Below, in pieces: positions 60,857 to 64,000 of a DNA stretch of 64,000 bases (positions are counted from its first letter, which is position 1; the number at the start of each line of letters is the position of its first letter). This stretch comes from an uncultured delta proteobacterium (GTDB lineage: Bacteria; Desulfobacterota; RBG-13-43-22). Under the pieces are notes generated by a model. That model saw only the letters and a program-made list of their open reading frames with translations, had not been told where the DNA came from and did no database searches. The DNA is taken from NCBI GenBank assembly GCA_963743305.1, contig CAVUPH010000028.1, positions 22,643 to 86,642 on the forward strand. The letters are read 5' to 3'. Both the position numbers and the translations under genes were made by a program.

Positions 60857-61007
60857 GTCATTGCGAGCGGAGCGAAGCAATCCCCCGGACGAGAGTATGA
60901 AACAGTATACACTTGGGGGATTACTTCGTCGCTTCTCTCCTCGCAATGACCATTGAGCCTGTGATTTTCATGCTTCGGGATGTCCGACCCGGGCATGAGG
61001 GTTTAAT
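60857..61007. repeat. RPE-like palindromic element plus repeat end (inverted relative to 59408-59452)
   Basis: GTCATTGCGAGCGGAGCGAAGCAATCCC ... GGGATTACTTCGTCGCTTCTCTCCTCGCAATGAC; ATTTTCATGCTTCGGG...GGCATGAGGGTTTAAT. Confidence 0.7.
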
Positions 61008-61139
61008 AACAATATGAAATCGCCATAGCCAGGAAGTTATTTTTTATAATATTATATTAATAACAGCATGTTGTCAACAATTTTTAATAATTTAAATGAA
61101 GGTCAAGGGAAAGAGCGAAAAGGCGGATTCTCAGGCAGG

Positions 61140-62981
61140 TCAAGAAGGAGTCGCCCCTTCCACACCCAAAGGAAGACACACGATCATGGTAGTGGAATCT
61201 CCTCCCACTTTCACCTCCAACCTTCCTTTTAGCAAATGGACGATACGCTGGGTGATATAAATACCCCGGCCCCGGCCTTCCCCTTCCAGGAGACTCAGAC
61301 GGTCTTCTTCGGCGATTCGGCCGGTATTGGTGATCTCGGCGCACGCCCAGGGACCTTCGGCATAGGTCCGTACGGAGAGATGCCCCCCCTTCAAGGGAAT
61401 AGCCTTGGTGGCATTGTTGAAGAGATTGTCCAGAATCCGTTCCAGTTGGATGGGGTAGCAGCGTACCGGCAGCGGGTCTTGAAAAGGCCCTTCTCGAAGA
61501 GACACATTGGCCTTCAACATCTCTTTGATGGCCTCCTGGTTGATCTCAAAACGTTTTTTCAGGATCTCCGTTAGATTGACCACCTGTTCCCGACCGGAAT
61601 GGTGGATGCTCAGGGCCATCTCCTGCATCCGGCTGGTCTCTTCAACCAGGATATCCAAATATTTCTTGATGGTCTCCGTTTCTTTCCAGGGGGCCTCCTT
61701 TTGAAGCAGGCTGTTCAGCCGACGGGCGAAACCCGCAATGGCTATGGCCGGGTTCTTGAAATCATGGAGCGTATCATCCAGTTGCTCTAGGCGTTGGGCC
61801 TGCATGAGTTCCCGGCCCAGAAATAGAAAGATCTCAATCTCCCATTGGCGATACCCCTTCCTCAGATCCAGGGCATCAAAGGTCATAAAATGAGTGACCT
61901 CTTCGCCATGATTCAACGGCACGTAGAGGATGGAATTGACGTTATGGTCGGCGGCGAATTTTTTCAGATTAGTGGAAATCTTTTCGCTACGCTGGGGATC
62001 CATTACCAGGACATAGGTCGGGGTCACCACTTCATAGGGGGAGGGCCCGCACTGGCACTCGCGTCCGAGAACGAGTTCAAAGGCCCGCTCGACTTTTTAC
62101 CGGGAAGGTCTTGCCGATGCCGTGATAACCGGGGGTAGCCGGATAACCGGCCTCGAGGGACTACATTTTCCCGATCCGGGGAAACGGAAGAAGCAGCGGC
62201 AGCTCTGGAACGTTGATGATGTCCGCGATCTCCGGGATGACCCGGTCGAACACTTCTTTCGACTCCTCGACCCCCTCCCGCGAACCAAGCTTCTGGAAAA
62301 TCTTTTGGACAATGGTTTCCTTCTTTTCATTGATCCGGTATAAGGAAAGAATCTTTTTACGGGCCATGACAAAGCTGAGCCTTCGGGCCATAGTTCGGCC
62401 ATCTGGATGTTCAGGGGCAGAAAGACGCGGTCCAGTTCCGGGTAATAGATTTGAATAACGCCCGCCGTCTCCCGCTCATGGGGAAAAAAGCGGGGAATGG
62501 CAAAAGGGATGGCCATGAGGGAATGAGCCCCCCGGCGATCAATGACCGCTTTGTCCGTATAGAGGGATTCCTGCCGGATATTGGGGACGAGAAAAGTTTT
62601 TTGAGTCTTCAAGACCTCTCCGGCAATGGTATTTTCCAAAGGGATATAGGTGGCCCGGGAGGCCTCCTGAAAGGGATACGATCCATAAGAAAGCATCTGG
62701 CCGGTATCGGGATCGAAAATCCGGACTGACGACGACAAGGCCCCTAGAAACTCCACCATATACCGGGTCACCCTGACTAAAATTTCGGGCTCAGGGAGTT
62801 CCGGATCGATTTCAATAATCGCCTCGACCTTATCGGATATTTCGCTTAAGAAACCAGGCAGGAAAGCGTTCTGCAACGTAGCGGCCAAATGGGGTCCGAC
62901 AATAGATCCCCCTGGACAACCCGCAGCCCAGCTTTCATTTCGTATGGTCTTAACCAGCTTTTCGACCGAACGCCAGCCCAT
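61140..62981 (-). CDS. GAF-GAF sensor histidine kinase, multiply frameshifted
   Basis: GAF (SLMAIPF...GVIQIY), LHDFKNPAIAIAGF H-box, NLFNNA, NTG, GRGIY; pieces in at least three frames between 62030 and 62400. Confidence 0.75.
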
Positions 62982-63173
62982 CTCCCTCTCCTGATTTCTG
63001 TTGTTTTTCTATAATAGAATGGTAAAAAAATATTCTATCATATTTAGGAACATAAAAATTATTATTATCAACAAAGTCGGGACGACCCGACACCGTCGGC
63101 TTCGGCTCGAACCTCAACAACGATAGTTATTAACAGTCTCATAATTGTATTTACACGAGGTATTCTTTTTATC

Positions 63174-63370
63174 TCTCACCCGCTTCGCTAGAGTTCGCCG
63201 AGGGCACAGAGAAAGACGAATCTACTTTGAAAAATCGCTGAGACGCCGATTTTTCAAAACAGCTCGCGCCTCCGGCGGGGTCTTATTCGCGCAGCGCGAG
63301 ATTTTTTGATTGCCGGCCTCTCAGCGGCAATCAGAAATTAACTATTCTCTGCGACTGTGCTCTGTGAGAG
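63174..63370. repeat. Intergenic multi-hairpin MITE-like element
   Basis: CTCTCAC...GCACAGAG ends pairing with GTGCTCTGTGAGAG; inner hairpins AAAAATCG/CGATTTTT and GATTGCCG/CGGCAATC. Confidence 0.55.
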
Positions 63371-63439
63371 ATCGTCTCTTGTCTCTGGTTGTTACTGGGC
63401 GGCGTTACGGAATCCTGTCAATATTCTTTATTGAGATCG

Positions 63440-64000
63440 TTAATAGCTGCCTATCTTTTTCAGCAGCCAGGCCATGTTCCGGCCCAACACTTTCATGGTC
63501 TGGATGCCCTCCTCGTCGTTAAGGACTTCGCCGGGGTCCCGGCCGATGGCCACGTTCCAGTAACTGGACCCGGGGATGATCATTTGACCGATCAGGAAAA
63601 AGTAATTCAGCGAGGTCAAGGCATGGTTGGCCCCGGCCCGGCGGACGGCCACCACCCCGGCGCCCGCCTTGCGTTTCAGCAAGTCGCCGTTGGCCCGGCT
63701 GACCATGCCGCAGCGCTCGATCAGGGCCTTCATCCCGGCGGAAATATCCGGAAATAGGTGGGCGATCCCAGCAAAATTCCATCGGCCGCGATCATTTTTT
63801 GCAAATGTTCGTTCAGGGCATCCTTATTGACCGCGCAGCGCTGATCCTTATTTTCGAAGCACTTATAGCAGGCAATGCAGCCCTGAAGGGACCCCGCGGG
63901 CAAGTGAATCAGTTCCGTTTCCAGCCCTTCCTGCCCCAATTCTTCCAGAACGGTATCCAGCAGAATACCGGTATTTCCTCTCTTTCGGGCGCTGCCGTTA
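63440..64000 (-). CDS. Iron-sulfur flavoprotein / flavodoxin family (5' end off window, frameshift near 63752)
   Basis: [17 protein letters not shown]...[31 protein letters not shown]. Confidence 0.88.

Noticed and set aside
60814-60996. N-terminal extension of the 454-aa ORF
   Set aside because: It is the translation of an RPE-like palindrome (HCEERSDE...DCFAPLAMT); a good SD, TTG start and signal peptide begin at 60813

Overview
GC-rich bacterial chromosomal window from an anaerobe, probably Desulfobacterota/Deltaproteobacteria (inferred from gene content and repeat types). The centrepiece is a ~21 kb minus-strand gene cluster (45475->24082), followed by cooS (23745->21768). It encodes a complete corrinoid-dependent methyltransferase system: two URO-D/MtaA-CmuA methyltransferases, a corrinoid protein, an MtrH/MtgA-like methyl:THF transferase, a RACo activator and a GltD-like oxidoreductase. 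Embedded with these are nine small thioredoxin-fold proteins, two DGC proteins, two CobW GTPases, a GcvH-like protein, a coiled-coil-less mini-SMC ATPase, an aquaglyceroporin, an ArsM-like methyltransferase and an AhpD-like protein. At least five in-frame TGA codons in this cluster fall at conserved Cys positions and each is followed by a GG(U/A)-loop hairpin, so they are probably hidden selenocysteines missed by the ORF track. A V4R/PAS two-component system and cobO lie directly upstream. The rest of the window holds SulP/TetR, bacterial CDC48, B12-radical SAM, ald, FadH-like oxidoreductase, tandem MalT/BTAD regulators, an ABC exporter, a beta-oxidation cluster, a GGDEF protein, a secreted repeat protein and several MITE/REP-like repeats. 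About seven single-base frameshifts suggest long-read indel errors. All family calls come from motif recognition, not database searches.
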